From Patescibacteria group bacterium (GTDB lineage Bacteria; Patescibacteriota; Microgenomatia; UBA1400; PJMF01): a stretch of 64,000 nucleotides of DNA. The notes under the pieces were generated by a model. The model made no database searches. It was given only the letters and a program-made list of their open reading frames with translations, and was not told the DNA's origin. Both the position numbers and the translations under genes were made by a program. Below, in pieces: positions 21,070-30,047 of this stretch. The stretch is taken from assembly GCA_041747555.1 (NCBI GenBank), contig JBGTEY010000013.1, forward strand, positions 208,814 to 272,813. Direction: 5' to 3'. The stretch's first letter is position 1; every line of letters starts with the position of its first letter.

Positions 21070-21405
21070 ATGGGAACTACCTACAAACAACTCATCTTCA
21101 GTAATCACGCGCTCGAGCGGATGGGGGATCGGAGCATTTCGAAAGACTCAGTGTGGCAGACCGTTTCCCAACCTGACCGATCACATCCAGAAGAAAAACC
21201 AGAGACAGCCCGATTTATTAGAACAATTAACGATCGAACCTATCACGTTGTCGGTCGCTACCTTGCCACTGAACGAAAAACACTCATCATTTCTGTGTGG
21301 GTGAGGGGTGAAGACGATGCCATGCCAGTAGCGTGGTGGTTAATTACCGCGCCATTTAGAGCGATTTTTGCGGTGATCAGATGGCTTTTTTCTAAACAAA
21401 AATAA
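21070..21405 (+). CDS. hypothetical protein, DUF4258-like N-terminal region with C-terminal TM helix
   Basis: FSNHALERMGDRSISKDSVWQTV resembles the DUF4258 (RelE-like fold) N-terminal motif. C-terminal hydrophobic segment WWLITAPFRAIFAVIRWLF. Assignment is weak. Confidence 0.35.
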   Translation: MGTTYKQLIFSNHALERMGDRSISKDSVWQTVSQPDRSHPEEKPETARFIRTINDRTYHVVGRYLATERKTLIISVWVRGEDDAMPVAWWLITAPFRAIFAVIRWLFSKQK

Positions 21406-21574
21406 AGCAGTTTGCAAAATTGGTCCACTTTTTACGCATCAAGTATGCAGATATGTGACTTATAGTATATTTTTTATTCTGCCTTAAAATCTATTATAGA
21501 CCTGCCAATCAACACATTTTATTTATGGTATTTTGGGCGTTCCACAGTATAGTACCAGTAACCCGGTGAGGACG

Positions 21575-21616
21575 CCCACCGCCCACATTGACTTGTGGCG
21601 GTGGGTATTTCTTTTT
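21575..21616 (+). terminator. GC-rich hairpin (CCCACCGCC-13 nt loop-GGCGGTGGG) followed by T-rich tract; terminator/attenuator-like
   Basis: A 9-bp perfect GC-rich stem in an AT-rich intergenic region, followed by TATTTCTTTTT. It lies between the DUF4258-like gene and nrnA. Confidence 0.35.
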
Positions 21617-21638
21617 ATACACATGTTATACTGCCTCC

Positions 21639-22514
21639 ATGGCAAAACGCTCACTTATCGTCGCCCATCATGCTCCGGATTTAGACGCAATTGGTGCAGC
21701 GTGGCAATTGGTACGATTTAACTCCCAAGAATATAGCGGTGCACAATTTGCGTTTGTAAATCCCGGAGAACGAATTAGTCTTGACATGGCCGCATCACTC
21801 GGATTTGATCTCCATGAAGTGGTCCACGTTGACACCGGACTCGGTAAATTTGACCATCACCAACCAGAGCGAGGCCACCAGCAAATATCTGCAAGCTCGC
21901 TCGTATTTGACCACAACTGTGGAATCCACCCAGAATTAGAACAAGATAGTGCACTACAAAGCATCGTCCAATTTATTACTGAAATCGATCACTTTGGTGA
22001 AATCCATTGGCCCGAATCAGATCACGATCGATATTCGTTTATGGTGCATGAATTGCTGCGTGGAATTGAAAATGTTGAGCCACACGATGATGAATCCATG
22101 CTGCATTTTGGTATAAAATGCCTCGATGCGGTGTACGCAAATCTCACTCAAAAATTAAAAGCCAAGGAAATTATTGCAGAAAAAGGTCAAGAGTTTTCGC
22201 TTTCTTATGGAAAATGCCTCGCCCTAGAAACACGAAACGACGACACGATTAAGCTCGCGCAAATGCAGGGATATGTCGTCGTGATCAAAAAAGACCCCAA
22301 AATTGGATCAATTAGAATAAAGGCTCGGCCCGATAGCAACGTCGAGCTCAAGCCCTTGCACGAGGCAGTTATAAAAGCGGACACTACTGGCACTTGGTAC
22401 TACCACCCCAGCGGAAAAATGCTCCTCAACGGCTCAGATAAATCCCATAACCAAACACCAAGCCCACTGACACTTGAAGAAATTGTAACGTTAGCAAAAA
22501 AATCATTAGGCTAA
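21639..22514 (+). CDS. DHH/DHHA1 phosphoesterase, NrnA-like (oligoribonuclease / pAp phosphatase)
   Basis: MAKRSLIVAHHAPDLDAIGAA (DHH motif I) and FDHHQPE (the DHH motif itself), with a C-terminal DHHA1-like region. The upstream ORF extension from 21588 runs through the hairpin and is rejected. Confidence 0.7.
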   Translation: MAKRSLIVAHHAPDLDAIGAAWQLVRFNSQEYSGAQFAFVNPGERISLDMAASLGFDLHEVVHVDTGLGKFDHHQPERGHQQISASSLVFDHNCGIHPELEQDSALQSIVQFITEIDHFGEIHWPESDHDRYSFMVHELLRGIENVEPHDDESMLHFGIKCLDAVYANLTQKLKAKEIIAEKGQEFSLSYGKCLALETRNDDTIKLAQMQGYVVVIKKDPKIGSIRIKARPDSNVELKPLHEAVIKADTTGTWYYHPSGKMLLNGSDKSHNQTPSPLTLEEIVTLAKKSLG

Positions 22515-22527
22515 AGAGGAGTGTGCC

Positions 22528-22995
22528 ATGCAAAAATCAGACTGTATATTTTGTCAAATTGTGGTCGGTGATGCACCATCACACACCATTTGGGAGAGCG
22601 AAACTCATCAGGCATTTCTATCTATTTTCCCAAATACCGAAGGTTTCACCGTAGTTATTCCCAAAGCACATCATGGGAGTTATGCATTCGAGCAGGATGA
22701 CCAAGTCTTGTCAGAATTGGTAATCGCCACCAAAAAAGTTGCCCTTCTCCTCGATAAATACTATGATGATGTCGAGCGGTGCGGGATGTTTTTCGAGGGT
22801 TATGGTGTGGACCACCTCCATTCTAAGCTTTTCCCGATGCACGGCACCGCAGATCAAGGCAATGCTCCAAAAGAAAGTGCCACATTCGATACTTATTTTG
22901 AAAACTATCCGGGGTATTTGAGCTCAAACAACTCATTGAGAGCAGATGATAAACAACTAGCAGCGCTCGCCGCTGAAATTAGAAACGCTGCCTAA
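22528..22995 (+). CDS. HIT (histidine triad) family nucleotide hydrolase/transferase
   Basis: DCIFCQIV N-terminal motif and the histidine triad HLHSKLFPMH. 155 aa. Confidence 0.8.
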   Translation: MQKSDCIFCQIVVGDAPSHTIWESETHQAFLSIFPNTEGFTVVIPKAHHGSYAFEQDDQVLSELVIATKKVALLLDKYYDDVERCGMFFEGYGVDHLHSKLFPMHGTADQGNAPKESATFDTYFENYPGYLSSNNSLRADDKQLAALAAEIRNAA

Positions 22996-23015
22996 CAGCA
23001 ACCCAAGTCTTTCTC

Positions 23016-23044
23016 TTGTTAAAACGGTGGTTGTTTTGTATAAT
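23016..23044 (+). promoter_or_regulatory. promoter candidate for rpsU (TTGTTA-17 nt-TATAAT)
   Basis: Consensus-like hexamers at ideal spacing, about 65 nt upstream of the GTG start. GGAGGTG ribosome-binding site. Confidence 0.4.
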
Positions 23045-23109
23045 AGGCAATTCGGACAACGTAATTAAATACAAAAAAACATTCCACTCCGGTGGAAGGA
23101 GGTGACAAC

Positions 23110-23364
23110 GTGCCAGTTATCGTAAAAGCGCAGGGAAGTGACAGTACCTACGACGTAATCAAGAAATTCAAAAAAGCGAGTGCAAGTGCAGATACTGTAC
23201 AAAAAGCACGTGATCGTCGTTTCTTTCAAAAACCTTCAAAAAAGAGAGCCATTAAGAAAATCGAAGTCAAACGACTCCGCAGACGCGCCCGATCACTCAA
23301 GAAAATGAAGAACGTTTCCGCAGCTTCAATTCAGAGAATCATGGATCGCATCAACACGCTCTAA
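23110..23364 (+). CDS. rpsU: 30S ribosomal protein S21
   Basis: VPVIVKAQGSDSTYDVIKKFKK..RRFFQKPSKKR..KRLRRRARS is the S21 signature. GTG start 6 nt after GGAGGTGA. Confidence 0.8.
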   Translation: MPVIVKAQGSDSTYDVIKKFKKASASADTVQKARDRRFFQKPSKKRAIKKIEVKRLRRRARSLKKMKNVSAASIQRIMDRINTL

Positions 23365-23479
23365 ACAGTTCGTTTAGAATTTCCAAAATATTTTCAAAAA
23401 AACGGTAGTTACGCGCTCGCACTATTTATAGAGCACCCAGAATGCATCTTGCAGAGTAATAGCTAAATATCTTCTGTGG

Positions 23480-24016
23480 TTAATTTCTTCTGGATTTAAC
23501 CCGAGCTTTAATCTTAAATTCCCACTGATCACCGTCACTGGTGTCAAAACTGGTGGAATTCGTCATTTGATAGTAATTAATCAAATGATTACTGAGTGTT
23601 TCTTCGATTTCTTTCTTTTGTTCATTAAGCTCGCCGATTTGGGTTTTGAGAACTTGTGCTTCAGCACTTTCACGAAGTGATGATTTTCGAGCCTTAACTT
23701 GTTGCGTGATTTGATCTGCTTGCTCTTGAGCTTCACTTAATTCAGAATCATTTTCGAATAAATTACTCAACATCTCACGACGCTCTTTGAGTTCTTGTGC
23801 TAAATTCTCAAGCTGTTGAGCATTTCTTTCAATAATATTTTGTAAGAACTGCAAACTCTCTGCGACTTCATCAGAAGCTGCAACTTCATCTCCACCGGCA
23901 TCAACCGATGACAATGCATCGAGTGCCAAATCTTGACTACTCTGAAGCTGCGGAGTGTCACTCGCAGCCAGCGCTGGCGTGGAGGTATTTGTATTTGAAG
24001 TTGAAGTATCTGACAT
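23480..24016 (-). CDS. hypothetical coiled-coil protein with S/T-rich N-terminus
   Basis: 178 aa, no TM helix, Q/E/L-rich heptad-like central region. No enzyme motif recognised. Confidence 0.3.
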   Translation of the reverse strand: MSDTSTSNTNTSTPALAASDTPQLQSSQDLALDALSSVDAGGDEVAASDEVAESLQFLQNIIERNAQQLENLAQELKERREMLSNLFENDSELSEAQEQADQITQQVKARKSSLRESAEAQVLKTQIGELNEQKKEIEETLSNHLINYYQMTNSTSFDTSDGDQWEFKIKARVKSRRN

Positions 24017-24117
24017 GTATGCCTTTCTATATATACTGAAGCCGATGACAAACTAACGGTACTACTGTACCCCAAAGCTTCTCCGAAGACAAGTTGCGAC
24101 ATAGCAACAAACTGGAC

Positions 24118-24146
24118 TTGATACTTCTTGGCTTACACTTGATAAT
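24118..24146 (+). promoter_or_regulatory. promoter candidate for pyk (TTGATA-17 nt-GATAAT), ATG 6-7 nt downstream (possible leaderless mRNA)
   Basis: Hexamers and spacing read directly from the sequence. No room for a Shine-Dalgarno. Confidence 0.35.
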
Positions 24147-24152
24147 AGAGTA

Positions 24153-25577
24153 ATGAAAAAATCAACAAAAATAGTAGCTACAATTGGACCTGCCACGGAA
24201 TCTGAGGAAATGATGGAGAAGCTCATTCGCTCTGGAATGAACGTCGCGCGCTTCAACACCAAGCACTCCACACCCGCGTGGCATCTTGAAAGAATGAAGC
24301 GAATTCGTACTGTTGCGAAGAAATTAGGCGAACCAATCGGCATTCTTCTTGATCTACAGGGACCAGAAATTAGAATTGATATCCCGGGAGAAGCCGCTTT
24401 TGAAGCCAAAGAGGGTACCGAAGTAATTTTTACCTCTCAAAAAGATTCCAAGGATCAAACCCGACCTATTATTCCACAAAAGGTAATTGATGTCTTAGAA
24501 ATAGGTGGGCGAATTCTCGTTGATGATGGAGTCGGTGAATTTGTGATTACCAAAAATCTTGGTAACGAAGTCCATGCTCGCGCACTTTCAACATTCATGA
24601 TTGCACACCGCAAGACACTTAATACTCCTGGTGTTACGGTCGACATGCCTTCACTTATCCCACAAGACTACAAATTTCTCGATGCGATTGATAGCAATGC
24701 AGTTGACTTTGTGGCACTTTCTTTTGTGAGGACTGCAGAGGATGTGTTAATTCTTCGCAGAGAACTTGAGGAAAGAAATATTGATGCGCTCATTTGTTCA
24801 AAAATCGAAAACCAGTCAGCGCTGAACAATTTGGAAAAAATAATTGAAGTATCAGATGCCGTAATGGTAGCGCGTGGCGATCTCGCAGTCGAGGTACCCT
24901 ATCCAGAACTCACGTATTGGCAAAAACGTATTATTCATATGTCTCGAGAATACGGTCGACCAGTGATTACAGCTACCCAAATGCTTAAATCAATGGTCAA
25001 TCTCCCCCGTCCGACTCGTGCTGAAGTTTCTGATGTGGCTAACGCAGTCTATGACGGTACAGACGCAGTGATGTTGTCAGAAGAAACGACTATTGGAAAG
25101 TACCCAGCAGAAGCTGTTGCGACACAACGAGCGATTGTAAGCTTTAATGAGCCACACGCACTACCTATGCCGCTCAAAACAACTGACAGTGCACCACCTT
25201 CATACGTCGCCCATGCCGCGGTTTCATTGCTTGAAATTTCTCAACTAGAAACCAACAACATTAAAATTGATAGAATTGTTTGCCTGACCGAATCTGGGCT
25301 CACCGCACGATTAGTATCTCGCTTTAGACCACACGTGCCAATCTATGCAGTCACCAGCACCGAGCGAACCCGTCGTCGATTGAGTCTAGTTTTTGACGTC
25401 ACTCCATTCGCACTGAAGCTACCAGACAAGGGTAGGGTAGAAGCAGGTGACGATCTGCTGGAAAAACTTGAAGAGTTCGGCATTGCAAAATCTGGAGAAA
25501 CAATTCTACTGCTTCACGGCACCTATTGGAAGAAACCTGGCCTTACAAATACCTTATCGATATTATTGATACCGTAA
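24153..25577 (+). CDS. pyk: pyruvate kinase
   Basis: N-terminus MKKSTKIVATIGPATESEEMMEKLIRSGMNVARFN matches the pyruvate kinase N-terminus (TKIVCTIGPAS..). 474 aa. Confidence 0.9.
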   Translation: MKKSTKIVATIGPATESEEMMEKLIRSGMNVARFNTKHSTPAWHLERMKRIRTVAKKLGEPIGILLDLQGPEIRIDIPGEAAFEAKEGTEVIFTSQKDSKDQTRPIIPQKVIDVLEIGGRILVDDGVGEFVITKNLGNEVHARALSTFMIAHRKTLNTPGVTVDMPSLIPQDYKFLDAIDSNAVDFVALSFVRTAEDVLILRRELEERNIDALICSKIENQSALNNLEKIIEVSDAVMVARGDLAVEVPYPELTYWQKRIIHMSREYGRPVITATQMLKSMVNLPRPTRAEVSDVANAVYDGTDAVMLSEETTIGKYPAEAVATQRAIVSFNEPHALPMPLKTTDSAPPSYVAHAAVSLLEISQLETNNIKIDRIVCLTESGLTARLVSRFRPHVPIYAVTSTERTRRRLSLVFDVTPFALKLPDKGRVEAGDDLLEKLEEFGIAKSGETILLLHGTYWKKPGLTNTLSILLIP

Positions 25578-25596
25578 GGATCAGGAGAAAGGCACA

Positions 25597-25848
25597 ATGA
25601 GTAAAAAAAGCGGAGGTCTCTTTGCATTCTTGACTGGTATGGCTGTTGGTGCAGCTGCACTATTCCTGTCAGATGAAGGCAATAGAAAAAAAACCCAAAA
25701 AGCAGTCAAAGACACAACTGAAGCTGCCAAAAAAGAAGCTAAAAAACTTCAAGCTAAGGCGATGAAAGTCAAAAAAACTGCGGTGGCAAAGGCCAAAAAA
25801 GTCCAAACTGCAGCTAAAAAAGCACAAGAAGTCGCCCGAAAAGGCTAG
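25597..25848 (+). CDS. hypothetical small K/A-rich protein with N-terminal TM helix
   Basis: 83 aa. GLFAFLTGMAVGAAALFL followed by a lysine/alanine-rich, histone-H1-like low-complexity tail. Confidence 0.3.
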   Translation: MSKKSGGLFAFLTGMAVGAAALFLSDEGNRKKTQKAVKDTTEAAKKEAKKLQAKAMKVKKTAVAKAKKVQTAAKKAQEVARKG

Positions 25849-25911
25849 TTTCAAACAAAGTCGCACCAAATTGCACGGTCTGCGGTATAATAACCCTCTT
25901 GTGTACGTAGT

Positions 25912-25985
25912 GCGCCAATAGCTCAGCCGGATAGAGCAACTGCCTTCTAAGCAGTAGGTCGCAGGTTCGAGTCCTGCTTGGCGCA
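25912..25985 (+). tRNA. tRNA-Arg (anticodon TCT)
   Basis: GCGCCAATAGCTCAGCCGGATAGAGCAACTGCCTTCTAAGCAGTAGGTCGCAGGTTCGAGTCCTGCTTGGCGCA. Acceptor GCGCCAA/TTGGCGC, anticodon loop CTTCTAA. Confidence 0.8.
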
Positions 25986-26226
25986 CAGGGATTGTCTCAT
26001 CTTGGTAACGCTCGACGAGAATAATTTATTACACTTTGCTGTATAATAACTTCAGTTCATATTGAGCTCAATCTCAATATGACAAAATAGTACTTTAACA
26101 TACTTAAGATATCGATTATTATTGAAGAGTGCCCAAAATTAATTGCAAAATTTGCAGTCAATTGTTTTATATAAAACCAAGTCACCAAAAGCTCGGTTGG
26201 GGCATTTATTGTTCTGTTCCATGTAG

Positions 26227-26463
26227 AGTAATTGGTCAAGTGGCATTGGCTCATATCGGAACATCTTAGATCGAACTGATATTGAAAAAAAATGCCTCGC
26301 ATGCAAAACGAAAGACGAGAGAATTTTAGTTGTTCATCATATCGATCAAAATAGGAGAAATAACGATGAGACTAATTTAATTTGGCTTTGTCACAATTGT
26401 CATCATTTGGCCCATCACGACAAGGACTTTAAAAAAGACTTCACCAAATCGATACTCAAGTAA
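26227..26463 (+). pseudogene. HNH endonuclease remnant (C-terminal HNH motif only, no start codon)
   Basis: Frame 1 reads ..KCLACKTKDERILVVHHIDQNRRNNDETNLIWLCHNCHHLAHH..*, the full C..C / HH / N / H HNH signature, but the frame is closed by TAG at 26224 with no in-frame ATG/GTG/TTG before the motif. It is embedded in a very AT-rich about 470-nt stretch between tRNA-Arg and tRNA-His. Confidence 0.5.
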
Positions 26464-26467
26464 AAAT

Positions 26468-26543
26468 GGTGCCTGTAGCTCAGTTGGTTAGAGCGCCGCT
26501 CTGTGGCAGCGGAGGTCGCGAGTTCAAATCTCGTCAGGCACCC
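26468..26543 (+). tRNA. tRNA-His (anticodon GTG) with extra 5' G(-1)
   Basis: GGTGCCTGTAGCTCAGTTGGTTAGAGCGCCGCTCTGTGGCAGCGGAGGTCGCGAGTTCAAATCTCGTCAGGCACC. An 8-bp acceptor stem including G-1:C73 is typical of tRNA-His. Anticodon loop CTGTGGC. Confidence 0.8.
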
Positions 26544-26649
26544 ATCTTTTTAGCATACTTTGGTTACCCTCACTTACAGTTGTAAGTAACTTCATTCTTT
26601 TATGATTGCTTGCATGACTGGTACAATAATCCTAATCATCAAATAGTGC

Positions 26650-27135
26650 ATGCTTATGAACTACGTCCCTTTTCTTGACTCTTTTTTTGAACAGATAAAC
26701 GGTGTTGGCTTAGACATCACGGGCTTACCACTAGATCACATAGCCTATCAAGCCTCAACCAAGGAAGACTATGAGCAACACCGCCCCGATTTTTCCAAAC
26801 TTGGTGAGTTAGTCAGTGAAGAAATAATTGGTGGTCGCCGCGTAGCAGTTGTAAAACTCGATAAACCACTTATCTACCAAAACTATTCTATTTCAGCCTT
26901 AGAACTAATCGAGCCAAAAGAGGGACAACAATGTGAGTCTGCTTTCCAACATGCTGAGTTTGTGGTCAATCAACCATTCGAGGACTACATCGAGCAATAT
27001 CCAGATATTAAATGGGATACAAGCTCTATGCACCGAGATGAGTTTTCTCACTTAAAGCTTAACTTTGACAACGGCTTAACTCTCAAGTTTTTAGAAAAAC
27101 CAATACTGGAATTATTCGAAGCAAAAAAGAAGTAA
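26650..27135 (+). CDS. YecM-like protein (VOC/glyoxalase-fold family of unknown function)
   Basis: VGLDITGLPLDHIAYQASTKEDYEQ and VKLDKPLIYQNYSISALELIEPKEG parallel E. coli YecM (LGLDITPLTADHISLRC.. / FKLHEPVQVAHWQFSIVELPWPGEK) in a recalled by-eye alignment. Confidence 0.5.
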   Translation: MLMNYVPFLDSFFEQINGVGLDITGLPLDHIAYQASTKEDYEQHRPDFSKLGELVSEEIIGGRRVAVVKLDKPLIYQNYSISALELIEPKEGQQCESAFQHAEFVVNQPFEDYIEQYPDIKWDTSSMHRDEFSHLKLNFDNGLTLKFLEKPILELFEAKKK

Positions 27136-27138
27136 TCT

Positions 27139-27720
27139 ATGAAAATCCTTTTTGTAAGACACGGTGAGAGTGTAGACGATATTGAAGATCGTTATGGTGG
27201 TTGGGCTGATTTTGATTTAACAGAAAAAGGTATGGTGCAGATCACAAAAGCTGTGAAGAAGATTTCCTTACTTAGTACTGACTTTGAGATTGTTTTGACT
27301 TCCCCTTTGAAAAGAGCTTTTCAAACAGCAAAAATTATTAGTAATCAGCTGAGTCTTAATTTGGAGGTTCTTGAGTATTTGAAGGAGAGAAACTTGAATG
27401 GAATTTTGACTGGATTAACTTGAAGCGAAGCAAAAACAAAATATCCAAAACTGGTCGCAGCGCATAGTAATTGGGAGTACGTAGATGGAAGCGAAAGGAC
27501 AGAAGACTTCGATAAAAGGATAAAAAATGCCTGTGAGTACTTACTGGGGATGAAGTATAAAGCAATAGTTGTCGTGACTCATGGACTATTCTTGAAGACC
27601 TTTTTCAAAGAAATAATGAGTATTGATGTTGAAAAGGTTGGTGATGGAGGTTTTGCGTTGCTTGAAGAAGATAATAAAAACTTCAAGGTGTTAAAGATGG
27701 ATGGAATAGAACTTGGGTAG
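27139..27720 (+). pseudogene. histidine phosphatase (phosphoglycerate-mutase-like) family gene interrupted by an in-frame TGA at 27421-27423
   Basis: The N-terminal ORF (MKILFVRHGESVDDIEDRYGGWADFDLTEKG..ERNLNGILTGLT*) has the RHGE catalytic motif. The same frame continues straight after the TGA (SEAKTKYPKLVAAH..AIVVVTHGLFLKTFF..) to give the C-terminal half including the catalytic THG histidine. TGA is a genuine stop elsewhere in this window. Confidence 0.6.
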
Positions 27721-27976
27721 TACTGAGATTTCGTATTTCACCAAGTCTTAACCTCACCAACCCAAACTGCACACTGTCATCAAACGCTGATACAATACGC
27801 TTAATCGAGGTTGTTACTTGCTCACTTACAGTTGTTGGTAACGCACCCATCCTGTATGGGTTGTGTATGCACCACAACCAAAAATAAAACCGTCGTAATT
27901 TGATAATTCCAACCAATATTTATTTCCCAAAGAACACTTGCTACAATAAGAATCATGACAAAAAAGGTGTGTAAAA

Positions 27977-28348
27977 ATGGACAGTCATTTAATGAAAAAT
28001 AAATTTACTGATGTCGACAGTTATATAAAAAATGCTCCCGAATGGGCACAAGAGACGCTTATTGCATTGCGAAAGGCCATAATAGAATCAGCGCCAGAAG
28101 CAATAGAGTCGATCAGTTATCACATGCCCTATTATTCCCAAAACGGGCGATTAGCATATTTTGGAGCATACAAAAATCACTGTAGTTTTCACTGGATTAG
28201 CTCTGAGGATAAGAAGATATTTGCGCAAGAACTTGCCAAGCAAAAAGTAGTTGGTAGCACATTGCAAATCCCACGAGGAGAAAAAGTCCCTTCTGGACTC
28301 ATTAAAAAAATTGTAACACTTCGCCTCAAAAATAATGAAAGAAAATAA
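27977..28348 (+). CDS. DUF1801 (YdhG-like) domain protein
   Basis: VDSYIKNAPEWAQETLIALRKAIIESAPEAIESISYHMPYY resembles the YdhG/DUF1801 N-terminal pattern. 123 aa. Confidence 0.55.
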   Translation: MDSHLMKNKFTDVDSYIKNAPEWAQETLIALRKAIIESAPEAIESISYHMPYYSQNGRLAYFGAYKNHCSFHWISSEDKKIFAQELAKQKVVGSTLQIPRGEKVPSGLIKKIVTLRLKNNERK

Positions 28349-28433
28349 AACAGTTCCTCCAAAGATGAAGAAATACGCCTTCTTCGATGACTAGAAAAAA
28401 GTTAAACTATTTGCAAACTGATACAATATCTGC

Positions 28434-29201
28434 ATGAAGCTCAAGTTCATCACTCTCAACCTATACGAAGGTGGCCTACTTTTTGACAACATTGAGGAAT
28501 TCTTAAAAAAAGAAAATCCCGATTTCATTGCTTTTCAGGAAGTTAATAACGGAACTGACCCCAAACTGCCTAAAAATCTGAGATCAATGCAAGTACTCTC
28601 TGAGCTACTACCCGAATACCATAATTTCTTCGCACCTGAAATTCTCTTGAGGTATCCCGAAGGCAAGATTGATATTGGAAACGCAATATTTTCACGTTTT
28701 CCTATAACTAATGAAGAAACCATTTTTTTAAATGTTCCATACGGGGAATACGATCCTGCTCCTATTGGTGGGGACTTCTCAAAGCATCCCAAAAATATGC
28801 AGTGCTGTGAAGTTGTAGTAGGTAACACATATTTGACTCTTTGCAATTTGCATGGGATTTGGGGATTAGATGGCGCTGATACTGATGACCGATTAAAAAT
28901 GAGCCAACTAATAGTTGATCAAATAAAAGACAAAAAAAACGTTATCCTAGCAGGGGATTTTAACTTGAAACCAAACACTCAAACCATCAAAAATATTGAA
29001 AAATACTTAATCAATGTTTTCAAAGACGAGCTAGAAAACACATTTAATGTGGTTAGAAAAGATTTAGTAAAGTTTCCTGGCTATGCCACAGCTGTCGTAG
29101 ATATGATTTTCACTTCTCATACTTTGAAGATAACGAAACATGCTTGTCCGAACGTGGATGTTTCTGATCACTTACCGCTCGTTATTGAGATTGAAGTTTA
29201 A
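28434..29201 (+). CDS. endonuclease/exonuclease/phosphatase (EEP) family protein
   Basis: N-terminal LKFITLNLYEG..FIAFQEV, then AGDFNLKPNT, then C-terminal SDHLPLVIEIEV. These are EEP catalytic motifs. Confidence 0.7.
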   Translation: MKLKFITLNLYEGGLLFDNIEEFLKKENPDFIAFQEVNNGTDPKLPKNLRSMQVLSELLPEYHNFFAPEILLRYPEGKIDIGNAIFSRFPITNEETIFLNVPYGEYDPAPIGGDFSKHPKNMQCCEVVVGNTYLTLCNLHGIWGLDGADTDDRLKMSQLIVDQIKDKKNVILAGDFNLKPNTQTIKNIEKYLINVFKDELENTFNVVRKDLVKFPGYATAVVDMIFTSHTLKITKHACPNVDVSDHLPLVIEIEV

Positions 29202-29319
29202 AACAAAAATAGCTTTTTTTACTAAGAAAAATGTTTGAGCTGAGCTTCTTCAAATTAAGTACACAATGCTATCGCACTCAAACTATTGACTCACACTCCC
29301 AAACTGCTACCATTTTCAT

Positions 29320-30021
29320 ATGATAGAGGTTGAAACAGAAGAAACACTACGACCACCTGAACATGAAATTGTACACGCCCATGTCTCGGGGGTTTTTCTG
29401 AGCGATACTTTTGAAAAAGTACCATCGCAAGATGCATCTGACGAGGGCCTCACAATTACCGAGGGAGGTGTTCAGGGTGACAGATATCGTGGGCCTGATT
29501 ATTATGTTAAATATGGCGCAAGAATTCCTGGCGCCGCATTGGGATTGCTCGGACTAAATCGAGAATCGGTCAAGGATAAAACAATAACGCCCAATCCACG
29601 CGCTGTGTATTTAATTTCTGGAACTGAAGTTGCTCGATTGCAACATGCCTTAGACAATGTTCGCCAGGGGCAAGATATTAATCCGACGTGGTTTAAAGTA
29701 AATGTAGTGATAGATACCAATGATGGAAGTCCCATTGAGTTGTCTCAGTTACCTCCCGGAACAATTATCAGATTTCCCAAAAATGAAGTTGAACTATTTA
29801 TATGGGGACCGAACGATCCCTGCACTAGGCCAGGAAAAATAATTGAAGCTGCGGGGTGGAATATCAACCCATCACAATTTCCTAAAATGGCGATAGATCA
29901 TTATGGTGCGGTCGCTAGCGTGGTCAAAGGAAATCCAGATATACGAATTTTTAAAGATGACCAAGTTGAAATCATCTATCCAAATGAAGACACCGTTTTC
30001 CCTGAGCTGAGCGCAGGTTGA
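29320..30021 (+). CDS. MOSC-domain-like protein (tentative)
   Basis: GGVQGDRY and NDPCTRPGKI resemble the MOSC beta-barrel and conserved-Cys motifs (YiiM/YcbX-like). Weak by-eye match. Confidence 0.4.
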   Translation: MIEVETEETLRPPEHEIVHAHVSGVFLSDTFEKVPSQDASDEGLTITEGGVQGDRYRGPDYYVKYGARIPGAALGLLGLNRESVKDKTITPNPRAVYLISGTEVARLQHALDNVRQGQDINPTWFKVNVVIDTNDGSPIELSQLPPGTIIRFPKNEVELFIWGPNDPCTRPGKIIEAAGWNINPSQFPKMAIDHYGAVASVVKGNPDIRIFKDDQVEIIYPNEDTVFPELSAG

Positions 30022-30047
30022 TCAGAGAATGGTGAAAACAAGTAAGT

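Noticed and set aside
21588-21638. Upstream extension of the DHH phosphoesterase ORF (MTCGGGYFFLYTCYTAS..)
   Set aside because: It reads through the GC hairpin and T-tract. The DHH motif-I alignment and an internal Met (MAKRS) support the start at 21639.
25849-25911. Possible sigma-70 promoter for tRNA-Arg (TTGCAC .. TATAAT at about 25890-25902)
   Set aside because: The -35/-10 spacing is only 9-10 nt, which is too short, so it was not listed as a feature.
25669-25986. Minus-strand 105-aa ORF overlapping tRNA-Arg and the K/A-rich gene
   Set aside because: It is antisense to a lysine/alanine-rich gene, giving a Phe/Leu-rich low-complexity product, and it overlaps a confident tRNA. It is spurious.
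27421-27423. Possibility that TGA is a sense codon (genetic code 25/4, as in Gracilibacteria/Absconditabacteria) explaining the in-frame TGA in the phosphatase gene
   Set aside because: TGA terminates at least ten well-supported genes in this window (for example eno, the Ca antiporter, the IMPase, the VOC gene at 61585, the Trm9-like MTase) at positions matching normal protein lengths. Long genes such as secA and atpA/D contain no internal TGA. Standard code is in use.
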